64,000 nucleotides of DNA, from positions 96,001 through 160,000 of the forward strand of contig CAVYCN010000004.1 in NCBI GenBank assembly GCA_963767005.1, written 5' to 3'. Of the stretch, positions 43,717 through 52,976 are shown piece after piece. How positions within the stretch are numbered: position 1 is the first letter of the stretch; each line of letters starts with the position of its first letter. The notes under the pieces were generated by a model, which saw only the letters and a program-made list of their open reading frames with translations, had not been told where the DNA came from and searched no databases. Position numbers and translations under genes: made by a program. The stretch comes from an uncultured Actinomycetes bacterium (lineage in GTDB: Bacteria > Actinomycetota > Thermoleophilia > UBA2241).

Positions 43717-44670
43717 ATGACCCCGCTGCCCGCGGGCTACGCCGTGCGCCCCCCGACGCCGGCCGACGTCGCGGCCGGGCAACGCATGCTCGACGAGATC
43801 GAGACGGCGGAATGCGGCGAGCCGCGTCGCCACGACAACCGGCTCGACGTCGACTTCAGCGACCCGCGGCTCGACCTCGAGCGCAGCGGCTGGCTCGTGA
43901 CCGCGCCGCCGGGCGCGGCCGCGCCGCTCGCCGGCCTGGCCCTCGTGTGGGACCCGCGGGCGACCGGCGAGATCATCGTCGACCACTACGTCCATCCGGA
44001 GCACTCCGGCCGCGGGGTCTCCGACGCCCTGCTCGACCTGGTCGAAGCGCGCGCCGCCGAGCTCGCCGCGGCCACGCCGTCCGACCCGCCCCCCGCCCTG
44101 ATGCTCTGGACGAGCCCGGGCAGCGAATGCCACGACTGTGTGCTCGCCCGCGGCTACGCCGTGGTGCGCGAGACCCACGAGATGCGCATCGACCTCCCCG
44201 GCGAGCCGCCCGCGCTCGCCTGGCCGGCCGGCATCGAGGCGCGCCCGTTCGTCCGCGACCGCGACGAGCAGGCCGTGTACGCGGCCGACGAAGAGGCCTT
44301 CGCCGAGCACTTCCTGTTCGTGGCGAAGCCCTTCGAGGAATGGCGCCGCCGGCACGTGGAGGTGCCCGACTTCGACCCGGACCTCTGGCTGGTCGCCTGG
44401 GAAGGCGACGACGTGGCCGGCTTTCTCTCGGGTACGGTGGCCGACGACGGCGGCATGGTGGACGTCCTCGCGGTGCGGCGGCCCTGGCGCTGTCGGGGCC
44501 TAGGGCAGGCGCTGCTCACCGAGGGGCTGCGGACGTTCGCGCGGCGCGGCGCGACGCCGGTCCGCTTGTACGTCGACGCCCAGAACGCGACGGGCGCCGT
44601 GGCCCTCTATGAGCGCGTCGGCATGCACGTGGAGCGCCGCTTCGAGGTGCTGAGCAGGCCCGTCCACTGA
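43717..44670 (+). CDS. Tandem GNAT acetyltransferase
   Basis: VHPEHSGRGV and VRRPWRCRGLG motif A twice; NATGAVALYERVGM. Confidence 0.9.
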   Translation: MTPLPAGYAVRPPTPADVAAGQRMLDEIETAECGEPRRHDNRLDVDFSDPRLDLERSGWLVTAPPGAAAPLAGLALVWDPRATGEIIVDHYVHPEHSGRGVSDALLDLVEARAAELAAATPSDPPPALMLWTSPGSECHDCVLARGYAVVRETHEMRIDLPGEPPALAWPAGIEARPFVRDRDEQAVYAADEEAFAEHFLFVAKPFEEWRRRHVEVPDFDPDLWLVAWEGDDVAGFLSGTVADDGGMVDVLAVRRPWRCRGLGQALLTEGLRTFARRGATPVRLYVDAQNATGAVALYERVGMHVERRFEVLSRPVH

Positions 44671-44727
44671 CCACGGCTCGTCGGGCTCGCGGCCGGTGTC
44701 GCGGACAGGGCGAACGCAGCATGAGAC

Positions 44728-44769
44728 GCGACGGGGCGGGGGGGCCGGCAGGCTCCCCCGCCCCGTCGC
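44728..44769. terminator. GC-rich hairpin between convergent genes
   Basis: GCGACGGGGCGGGGG...CCCCCGCCCCGTCGC. Confidence 0.65.
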
Positions 44770-44797
44770 CTGCTGGAGCGTGACTTTCGTCGCGCGC

Positions 44798-46036
44798 CTA
44801 GTTGATCCGCGTCTCGATCCGCCTGGTGACCGGCATCTCGCGACGGCCCATCTCGGCGATGAAGAAGTCGCGCGCGCCGCGGTCGAGCAGCTCGGGGGCG
44901 ATCACGCCAGGCTGGTCGACCTTGCCCTCGACGATCATCTCGGCGTAGATCGCGGCCGGGGTCGAGGTGCCATACGACACCGACGTGGCGCCCGGGATGA
45001 GCTGGTTGACACGCTTGATATCGGGGCCGATCACGGTGTGGTTGATGGTCGCCGGCTTGCCGTCCTTCTCGCCGATGCAGTCCACGAGCTGGACACCGAC
45101 GTCGAAGATGTCGCCGGCGAGCGCCATGCGGGCGAGCTCTTCGGCCGGCGGGTTGGGCGCCAGCGTGGCGACGTAGACGTCGATCGGCCGCACCTTGCTA
45201 CCGTCCTTGAGCGTGACCGGCTGCTTGCTCGTCATGCCGCTGCCCACGAAGGCGGCGTCGGCGTCGATCGCAGCCTCTTCGGTGCCCATCTTGAAGTCGA
45301 CGTAGCGCAGGCCCTTGTCGCCGAACTTCTTCGGCAGCAGGCGCGGCAGCGTGGTGACCTCTTCGTGGTCGTGGCAGATGCACGGCCCCAGGCCGAACGG
45401 CTCGGGGAACTGGTAGAACTCCTTGCGGCCAAAGATCTCGACGCGCTTGAACTCGCCGTCCTCGTAGAGCAGCGGCGGCTGGGCGCAATCAGTGTAGTAG
45501 GTCTCCTGCGACCACACCTGGAGCGGCACCGGGCTGTCGAACAGGGCGTAGTCCTTGATGCGGATCTCGAAGCACTTGTCGAGGTCTTCGTAGCCGTTGG
45601 CCGCGAAGGTGTTCGTGACGCCCGGGTCCATGCCGCAGCTCTGCAGCGCGGTGAGGCCGGCCTTACGGAACTCGGGGTCGAGCGCCGACTGCTCGAGCCA
45701 GGCCTCGTCGATCGTCTGCGTCGGTGTCTGCCCCGAGGCCATGTCGAGGTAGTTCACGCCGGCTTTGAGGCAGGCGTGGAGGAGGGCCATGTTGAAGGTC
45801 GGCACGACGGCGTTGACGAGCAGCTTGGCGCCCTCGGCGGCCTTCGCGACGGCATCGGCGTCGGAGGCGTCGATGAAGATCGCCTTCGCCTTGCCGTTGC
45901 CGACCTGGCCGGCCACGAAGCGGGCCCGGGCCTCGTCGTAGTCGGCCACGACGATCTCGGAGACGGCCGGATTACGGCCGAGGTTCCAGGTCAGGACCTG
46001 GCCCTGCATGCCTGCTCCCACGATGAGAACCCTCAT
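44798..46036 (-). CDS. Saccharopine dehydrogenase family protein (carboxynorspermidine synthase / lysine 6-dehydrogenase-like)
   Basis: MRVLIVGAGMQG, VNYLDMA, CGMDPGVTN, HEEV; RBS GAGGAGGG. Confidence 0.88.
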   Translation of the reverse strand: MRVLIVGAGMQGQVLTWNLGRNPAVSEIVVADYDEARARFVAGQVGNGKAKAIFIDASDADAVAKAAEGAKLLVNAVVPTFNMALLHACLKAGVNYLDMASGQTPTQTIDEAWLEQSALDPEFRKAGLTALQSCGMDPGVTNTFAANGYEDLDKCFEIRIKDYALFDSPVPLQVWSQETYYTDCAQPPLLYEDGEFKRVEIFGRKEFYQFPEPFGLGPCICHDHEEVTTLPRLLPKKFGDKGLRYVDFKMGTEEAAIDADAAFVGSGMTSKQPVTLKDGSKVRPIDVYVATLAPNPPAEELARMALAGDIFDVGVQLVDCIGEKDGKPATINHTVIGPDIKRVNQLIPGATSVSYGTSTPAAIYAEMIVEGKVDQPGVIAPELLDRGARDFFIAEMGRREMPVTRRIETRIN

Positions 46037-46348
46037 GTTATCCCTCCTCTCGGCCCCGACCTCGTCGGCGGCTGGGCCGAGAGGATGTGTGCGGGACCGG
46101 ATCCTTGAGCCGCCTCCGTGGGGAGAGACGGGGCACCACGGTGGTGTGACTCGAGATTCTCTCAGACGCCCCGCCGCCGCGCCACTACCGCCGCGGTCCA
46201 AGCGGCGCGGGCCAGCGGGCCGCGGCGTCCAGTACGCGGGGCGCTCGCGCGCGGCGCCGGGCTCGCGGCGCTCGACGCGGCGCCCGGCGGACGGGTACAA
46301 CTAACGAGCCCGCACCGGTCGGGAGGACGCATGGCAAAGGAGGCACGC

Positions 46349-46720
46349 GTGCATGAGCTCGGCATCACCCAGGGCATCGTCGATCGCGCCCGCGAGGCCG
46401 CGGAGCAGGCCGGGGCGGCGCGGGTGACCGATCTGTTCCTGACGATCACGCCGGCCGCCGACTTCCAGCCGGACTCGATCGAGATGTACTACGAGATGCT
46501 GACCGACGAGGACGAGCTGCTGAAGGGCGCCACGCTGCACTTCACGACGGCGCCGGTCGCGGCCACCTGCCTCGCCTGCGGCCAGGCCTTCACAGCCGAC
46601 ACGGCCGAGCCGGTCTGCCCCACGTGCGCCTCACGGCAGGTGAGTTACGACCCGCACGAGCTCATGATCCAGCTCACCGATGTCGGCATCGACGACGACT
46701 CCGGGGGCGGATCCGACTGA
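46349..46720 (+). CDS. hypA: Nickel metallochaperone HypA
   Basis: (M)HELGI N-terminus, CLACG..CPTC zinc site; AAGGAGG before GTG. Confidence 0.88.
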   Translation: MHELGITQGIVDRAREAAEQAGAARVTDLFLTITPAADFQPDSIEMYYEMLTDEDELLKGATLHFTTAPVAATCLACGQAFTADTAEPVCPTCASRQVSYDPHELMIQLTDVGIDDDSGGGSD

Positions 46721-46761
46721 CCCCGTGCGCCCGGGCCGCGGATCGCCCCCCCGCCGCCGCG

Positions 46762-47751
46762 CTAGGAGGACCGCGCGGACGCGCCCAGCCGGTCCGGGTC
46801 GGCCGCCAGAAAGTACGAGCGCTGCGGCTCCAGGCCGAGCACCGCCTCGGCACGCGCCAGGGGGCGGGCGGCGGCCGTCAGGGCCGCGAAGGCGGCCTTG
46901 CCGGCCGCCGCCCGCCCGGGCGCGCGCCGAGCAGTCAGGTTGAGCCGCTGCTTCTGCAGGCCGGGGAGCAGCGAGGCCGACCAGAAGGCGGGGCTGTGGC
47001 GGCGCGAATAGGGCTCGACCGCGGCGATCCGCAGGCCCGCGCGGCGCGCCGTCTCGGCGAACGTGCCCGGCTCGAAATGGTAAAGGTGTCGCGGCAGGTC
47101 GAGCCCGATCCAGCGCGACCCGAAGAGGCGCGCCTGGGGGGCGTCGCGGCGCGGCAGGAACAGCACGGCCACGAGGCCGCCGGGGGCGAGCAGCTCGCGC
47201 GCGCGCGCGAGTGCCGCGAGCGGGTCGTGGAAGTGCTCGAGCGCGGCCGCGAACACGATGGCGTCGAAGGTCTGCCCGGCGAGGTCCGCCTGGTCGAAGG
47301 TCGCCGCCTGCACGTCGAGCGCGCGCCGCGAGCGGGCGATGGCGGCGCTGCGCGCCGACGGCTCCACGCCGCTCACCCGCCACTCGTCGGCGCGCAGCGC
47401 CTCGAGCAACTCGCCGCTGCCGCAGCCCACGTCGAGGAGGCGTCCGCGGGCCGGCCGCAGCCCGGCGAGCCAGCCCACGACCTCACCGAACTGGCGCCGC
47501 CGCCAGGCGTCCTCGAGACGCAGCGCCACGCCGCCGCCGTCGCGCGCCGTGTGGTAGTCGTCGGGGTAGTAGGCGGCCATCTCGGCCGGAGTGGGCCGGG
47601 GGTCCACATACGCGAGGCCGCACCCGCGGCAGCGCACGACGGCGAAGCTCTCCGGCGCGCCGGCGTGCCGGGCCGCCGCGAGCCGGTCGGGCGCGCTGCG
47701 CACGAGCTCGGGGTCGGCGCGACCACACAGCAGGCAGGGCACCGTCTCCAC
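46762..47751 (-). CDS. Class I SAM-dependent methyltransferase with N-terminal zinc ribbon
   Basis: CLLCG..CRGCG, LLDVGCGSG, LEHFHDP, PRHLYHF. Confidence 0.88.
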   Translation of the reverse strand: METVPCLLCGRADPELVRSAPDRLAAARHAGAPESFAVVRCRGCGLAYVDPRPTPAEMAAYYPDDYHTARDGGGVALRLEDAWRRRQFGEVVGWLAGLRPARGRLLDVGCGSGELLEALRADEWRVSGVEPSARSAAIARSRRALDVQAATFDQADLAGQTFDAIVFAAALEHFHDPLAALARARELLAPGGLVAVLFLPRRDAPQARLFGSRWIGLDLPRHLYHFEPGTFAETARRAGLRIAAVEPYSRRHSPAFWSASLLPGLQKQRLNLTARRAPGRAAAGKAAFAALTAAARPLARAEAVLGLEPQRSYFLAADPDRLGASARSS

Positions 47752-47867
47752 GAGCAAACGCTCCTTCGTCCGTTCGGGTGGCAGCCGCTAGGATAGCATC
47801 GGCCGCCGCGGTCACCTGGGCGGCGACCATCCAGCTTGGTCGGGTGCCGCGGCCGTCGCGGGGCCGC

Positions 47868-48446
47868 TCAGCGTTGCCGCCCGGCCTCCCGTTCGCGGCG
47901 CGCACCGACGAGGCGCGCGAAGACGGCGGCGAGCACGGCGATCTCGGCGTCGGTCAGGGGCGCGAAGAACGTGTTCTCGACGTAGTCGCGCAGGGCGTCC
48001 TGGGCGCCGGCGGTGGCGCGCACGCCGGCCGCCGTCAGCGTGACGTTCGTGGCGCGACCGTCACGGGGGCACGGCGTGCGTGTGACGTAGGCGTGCCGTT
48101 CGAGGATGTCGACGATGCGCGAGATTCGGCCCATGCTCAGGCCCATGGCCGTGGCGAGGGCCGTCTGGCGCAGGGTACGCTCGTCGGCGGTGACCAGGCG
48201 CCCCATCAGGCCCAGCATGCTCACGCTGAGGTCGCCGTAGGCGGCGAGCTCGCGTTCACCCTCGCGGCGCAGACGACCGGCCAGCTCGAGCAGGCCCTCC
48301 CAGGCGGCGGCGCGCTCGGGCGACCAGTCGCCGGCCCGCTCGCCCAACATGAAACGGGCGCGTGCCACGACGGCTGCCATCGGGTCGGGGCCGCCGGCCG
48401 GACGCCTCTCGGCATCCGGCGGCCCCGACCCGGGTCGGGAGCTCAT
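47868..48446 (-). CDS. MarR family transcriptional regulator
   Basis: LATAMGLSMGRISRIVDILERHAYVTRTPCPRDGRATNVTLTAAG. Confidence 0.88.
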   Translation of the reverse strand: MSSRPGSGPPDAERRPAGGPDPMAAVVARARFMLGERAGDWSPERAAAWEGLLELAGRLRREGERELAAYGDLSVSMLGLMGRLVTADERTLRQTALATAMGLSMGRISRIVDILERHAYVTRTPCPRDGRATNVTLTAAGVRATAGAQDALRDYVENTFFAPLTDAEIAVLAAVFARLVGARREREAGRQR

Positions 48447-48448
48447 CG

Positions 48449-49072
48449 TCAGGCCGAGACCCTGACGGCGCTGGCGAAGCCGGTCTGGAGCGGCTGCTGC
48501 AGCGCGATGTGCAGGTAGCCGAGCGCCTCGACCTCGCGAGCGCGGCGCAGCGGCCCGGCATCGATGGCGCGCAGGCCACCGGCCTCCACGAGACTCGCGA
48601 CGGCGGCCTTGGCCTGCTCGTCGTCGCCGGCGAGGAACACGTCGAGCGGCTGGCCGGCGACGACGCCGCTCACCAGCGTGCCGGCGAAGGTCGTGTTGAA
48701 CGCCTTGATGACTTTTGCCGCGGGCTGCGCCGCGGCGATCTCCTGGGCCGCCGAGCCGGCCGCGGGGTGGATCGGCTCGAAGGTGGTGAAATCGAGGGGG
48801 TTCGTGATGTCGATCACGATCCGGCCGGCGAGCTCGCCGCCGTAGCGGCCGAGCACGTCGCTCAGGGCGGGATAGGGCACCGCCAGCACGATGGCGTCGC
48901 CCGCGAGCGCATCGCCGTAGTTGCCGACCCGGGTGGCGCCGCCAAGCTCGCCGGCGAGGGCGGTCGCCTTGGCCGGGTCGCGGTCGAGCAGGGTGACGGT
49001 GTTGCCGCCGGCGAGCGCGCGTGTAGCAATGCCGCGCGCCATGTTGCCGGCGCCGATGATCGTGACGTTCAT
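48449..49072 (-). CDS. NADPH-dependent F420 reductase family oxidoreductase
   Basis: IIGAGNMARG, LAVPY, IDITNP, VIKAFNTTFA, IDAGPL. Confidence 0.9.
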   Translation of the reverse strand: MNVTIIGAGNMARGIATRALAGGNTVTLLDRDPAKATALAGELGGATRVGNYGDALAGDAIVLAVPYPALSDVLGRYGGELAGRIVIDITNPLDFTTFEPIHPAAGSAAQEIAAAQPAAKVIKAFNTTFAGTLVSGVVAGQPLDVFLAGDDEQAKAAVASLVEAGGLRAIDAGPLRRAREVEALGYLHIALQQPLQTGFASAVRVSA

Positions 49073-49128
49073 GAGGTCCTCCGCGGGCGAGTGGTCGTGA
49101 CTCTCTCGCTGGAAGGGTAGCCAAAAGC

Positions 49129-49140
49129 TTGCCATAGCAA
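49129..49140. promoter_or_regulatory. Palindromic operator candidate (MarR-type)
   Basis: TTGC-CATA-GCAA in an AT-rich patch upstream of the F420 reductase-marR pair. Confidence 0.45.
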
Positions 49141-49388
49141 ACATATCGCGTCTCAGCATCTCACGTGCGGCGTGGGCCGTCGGGCGCGGCTCGTCGCGTT
49201 GTCCGGCGAGCGAAGCGTGGGCCGCGACGGCGGCAGGATGCCGTCGGCGTGCTTCTCAAGTACCATCGGGGGTGCGGCATCCGTCGCCCACGGACGGGGC
49301 TCGAGTGGACCGGCCTGCCGCATGTCGCCGAGAGATGGGCGTCACCCGGCGGCCGGCCGAGGCGTGGACACGAAAGGAGTGGGGCCTA

Positions 49389-50858
49389 GTGAAACGGAAC
49401 CTGCAGGCCGGGGTGAGGCGCAACGCCGCCCTGCGCCTCGAGGTCTTCACCGACGCCGACCTCGACGACATCCACCGCGCGACGCTCGAGGTGCTCGAGC
49501 GCACCGGTGTGTTCGTCGAGAGCGACGAGGCGCTCGACGTCTTCTCCGACGGCGGCTGCCGGATCGATCGCGAAGCCCGGATCGTGAAGATCCCGCCCTA
49601 TATCGTCGAGGACGCGATCCGCTCGGCGCCGGCCACGGTGCGGCTGTGCGGCCGCGTGCCCGAGAACGACGTGGTGCTCGAAGGCGGCCGCGTCGGCTTC
49701 ACCAACTTCAGCGCCGGCATCATGGTGATCGACCCCCGTACCGACGAGTATCGCCAGTCGACGGTCCAGGACGTTGCCGACCTGGCGCGCATGACCGACT
49801 ACCTGAGTGAGATCGACACCTACGAGCACTCGGTCGAAGGGCGCGACGGGCCCGAGGAGACGCTCGCCGTGCGCGACACCGCGGTCGCCCTCAAGAACAC
49901 GACCAAGTGCGTCGGCACCGGCGCCCTGTCGACCTACGACGTCGACGCCATCGTGCGCATGGGCGCGGCCGTCGCCGGCGGCGAGGACGAACTGCGCGAG
50001 CGGCCGCTCGTCTACTTCTGCGAGTGCCCCGTCAGCCCGCTCAAGATCACGCGCGACGCCGCCGAGGTGATCATGGGCGCGGCCCGCCACGGCATCCCCA
50101 ACAACGTGATCTCGATGGCGATGTCGGGTGCGTCGTCGCCGGTCACGCTGGCCGGCACGCTCGTCACCCACAACTGCGAGGTGCTGGCCAGCATCACGCT
50201 CGCCCAGCTCACGGAGCGCGGCGCGCCCAGCATCTACGGCTCGTCGACGACCGCGATCGACCTGCGCCTCGCGGCGGCGTCGGTGGGCTCTCCCGAGCTG
50301 GGACTGCTCAGCGCCGGCGTGGCTCAGCTCGCCCAGCGATACCTGCTGCCGAGCTTCGTGGCGGGGTTGTAGGCGGATTCCAAGCTCAGTGACATCCAGG
50401 CCGGTCACGAGAAGACACTGACCGCCCTCATGGCGGCGTTGGCAGGGGCCAACCTGATCTATGGGGCGGGGATGACCGAGTCGGGAGTCACTTTCGATTA
50501 CGCGCAGTACGTGCTCGACAACGATATGGCGCGCATGGTCAAGCACACCGTGCAGGGCATCCCGGTGAGCGACGAGAACCTCGACCTCGCCGACATCCAC
50601 GCCGTCGGCTCGTTCGGCGACTATCTGTCGCTCGACTCGACGCTGCGCCACATGCGCGAGCTCTCCACGCCGCGCTTCATGGACCGCCGCGTGCGCGAGG
50701 ACTGGAAGGCGATGGGTGCCAAAGACGCCTACACGGCCGCCAAGGAAGCCGCCGTGCAGATCCTCGAGGAGCACCACCCCGAGCCGCTGGCCGGCGACGT
50801 CGCCGGCCAGGTCGACGCCGTGTTGCACGACGCCGAGGTGCGCGCCGGGATCGCCTGA
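49389..50858 (+). CDS. mttB: Pyrrolysine-containing trimethylamine:corrinoid methyltransferase (in-frame TAG at 50370-50372, codon 328; 489 aa with read-through)
   Basis: RBS AAAGGAG + GTG. ORFs 49272-50372 and 50430-50858 are in the same frame, joined as [42 protein letters not shown], the Pyl-site context of methanogen MttB. Confidence 0.92.
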
Positions 50859-50866
50859 GGTTCGAG

Positions 50867-51400
50867 ATGACCACCACGTCCGGCTGGACCATCGAGGAGC
50901 TGGCGCCGTCGGCTCCCGGTCCGTTCACCGACGCCGACCTCGACCCGCTCGAGCCCCTCTGGCGCTCGCTCATGGACCGCCATCGCGCGGCCTGGGAAGG
51001 CGTTGCCGTGCGGAGCTACGACGACTCGTGGCCGCGGCGCCGGGCCCAGTATCGCCGGTGGCTGCGCGAGCCCGGCTCCTTCGCGCTCGTCGCGCGACGC
51101 GGCCACCGGCTGCTCGGCTACGCCGTCGTCGGCATCGAAGAGGGCGACGAGACGTACGCGACGGGAGAGCGCCAGGCCGAGATCCACACGCTGGCCGTGC
51201 TGCCCGGGGAGCGCGACCACGGCCTCGGCGCGGCCCTTGTCGACGTGCTCGAGCGGCGCCTGCTGGCCGACGGCGTGACCGACGTCTTCGTCGGGACCAT
51301 GGCCGGCAACGACGCCGCGCAACGCTTCTACGAGCGGCGCGGCTACGCGCCCTTCGTGCACATCAGCCACCGCAGGCTGACCACCGACGTTCCGCGCTGA
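50867..51400 (+). CDS. GNAT acetyltransferase
   Basis: LAVLPGERDHGLG, NDAAQRFYERRGY. Confidence 0.9.
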   Translation: MTTTSGWTIEELAPSAPGPFTDADLDPLEPLWRSLMDRHRAAWEGVAVRSYDDSWPRRRAQYRRWLREPGSFALVARRGHRLLGYAVVGIEEGDETYATGERQAEIHTLAVLPGERDHGLGAALVDVLERRLLADGVTDVFVGTMAGNDAAQRFYERRGYAPFVHISHRRLTTDVPR

Positions 51401-51635
51401 TGTCGTCGCGGGTCGGCTGTGCAGGGGAGCGCAGCGCCGCGCGGCGACGTCGTGGGGAGTGGGGTGGTGGACCTTAGTGGACAACTCTCGAACCTGCCCG
51501 ATGTGCTCCGAGGTCTGCTGGAGGCCCTATCGGATCCGTGACCGCGGACTCCAGAGAACTCGGACGCAAGGTCAAACCCGTGGCCCAGCCGCTCTGCAAA
51601 CTCCCGTGTGGCTGGGACCTGGGTGTCGGCACCAC

Positions 51636-51684
51636 TTGCCAATCGGACTTGCGGTCCGTATATTGCAATCGGACTGCCAGTCCA
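51636..51684 (+). promoter_or_regulatory. Sigma70-type promoter overlapped by two TetR-type operators
   Basis: TTGCCA-17nt-TATATT; AATCGGACTTGCGGTCCG and AATCGGACTGCCAGTCC palindromes. Confidence 0.7.
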
Positions 51685-51707
51685 TCTCTTGTCACGGAGA
51701 AGAATCG

Positions 51708-52115
51708 ATGAACGCAACCCGCCCCGCCCATGTCTTCCAGAAGGCCTTATCCGCCATGCAGTCCGGCGACGTGCAGGCCTGGCTGGATCTATGCACCGAC
51801 GACGTCGTCTTCGAGTTTCCCTTCGCCCCTCCGGGGCGGCCCAGCAAGGTTGAGGGTAAGCAGGCGCTTGGGGAGTACCTCACGGCCGGACCGTCACGCG
51901 TTGAGTTCGATCGGCTGAACAATCTGGAGACGCACCAGACGCTGAATCCTGACGTTGCGATCTTCGAGATGACCGCAACTGGCAGGGTCAAGGACACCGG
52001 CGAACCCTACGAGATGTCCTACGTCGTCGTGCTCACCGTGCGCGACGGCCGCATTGCGCACTATCGCGACTACTGGAACCCGCTCAAGTCCCTCCACTTC
52101 GAGACGCAGGCATAG
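51708..52115 (+). CDS. SnoaL/NTF2-like protein
   Basis: DDVVFEFPFAP, VRDGRIAHYRDYWNP; GGAG RBS. Confidence 0.88.
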   Translation: MNATRPAHVFQKALSAMQSGDVQAWLDLCTDDVVFEFPFAPPGRPSKVEGKQALGEYLTAGPSRVEFDRLNNLETHQTLNPDVAIFEMTATGRVKDTGEPYEMSYVVVLTVRDGRIAHYRDYWNPLKSLHFETQA

Positions 52116-52121
52116 CAGCCG

Positions 52122-52976
52122 ATGCCGTCAAACCAGCCTTACGGACGAGTCCTCGTCACCGGCGCGAGCGGGAATACCGGCAGCCGATTGGCCGCCCAGC
52201 TTGCGGCGCGAGGCATTGCGGTGACCGCGGCCAACCGCTCCGGAACCGGGCCGCGCGGAACGCTCGTGACGCGGTTCGACTGGTACGATGCCGGCACTCA
52301 TCCCGGCGCGCTCACCGGCGTCGAGCGCATGTACCTCGTCCCGCCGAGTCGCGACGCCGACCCGCAGGCGGTCATGCTGCCCTTCCTCGAACGCGCGCGC
52401 AACGCGGGCGTCCGACGGGTGGTACTGCTCAGTAACTCTGTCGTGCCCGCCGGTGGCCCGGGCCCGGGGGTCGTACACGTAGCCGTCGCCGAGATGTTCG
52501 ACGAATGGGCAGTCCTGCGCCCGAGCTGGTTCATGCAGAACGTCACTGGCAACCACCCCCACGCCCAGAGCATCCGCGCCGACTCCGTCATCCGGACGGC
52601 GACCGGCAGCGGACGCGTCGGCTTCGTCGATGCCGGCGACATCGCCCGCGTCGGCGTCGAAGCGCTACTCTCCCCTAGCGCGCCAAACGCCGACCTGATC
52701 CTGACCGGGCCTGAGGCCCTGAGTTACGACCAAGTCGCCACGATCCTGAGTGAGGCCAGCGGGGGGACGATCATGCACGTGCACGTAGACGCCGAGGAGT
52801 TACGCTCCATCTACGAAGCCACTGGACTGCCCTCAGCCGCCGCCCGGTTCCTGGCCGCCATGGACACCGCGATCGCCTCCGGGATCGAGGACCGGACCAC
52901 GGATACCGTCGAGCGTGTGACCGGCACCGCGCCTCGTTCGTTCCGAGAGTTTGCCGCCGCCGAGTTTCGGACGTGA
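52122..52976 (+). CDS. NmrA-like NAD(P)H-binding protein
   Basis: VLVTGASGNTG, LRPSWFMQN, FVDAGDIA, LTGPEALS. Confidence 0.9.
   Translation: MPSNQPYGRVLVTGASGNTGSRLAAQLAARGIAVTAANRSGTGPRGTLVTRFDWYDAGTHPGALTGVERMYLVPPSRDADPQAVMLPFLERARNAGVRRVVLLSNSVVPAGGPGPGVVHVAVAEMFDEWAVLRPSWFMQNVTGNHPHAQSIRADSVIRTATGSGRVGFVDAGDIARVGVEALLSPSAPNADLILTGPEALSYDQVATILSEASGGTIMHVHVDAEELRSIYEATGLPSAAARFLAAMDTAIASGIEDRTTDTVERVTGTAPRSFREFAAAEFRT

Noticed and set aside
42466-44670. O-methyltransferase, hypothetical and GNAT genes in one frame separated only by TAG codons
   Set aside because: Each protein looks complete, the linkers are non-protein-like (one contains the dispersed repeat) and the downstream genes have their own RBS.
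50430-50858. Separate 142-aa gene, or mttB pseudogene
   Set aside because: It is the in-frame C-terminal part of MttB, and the stop falls on the Pyl position with no other sign of decay.
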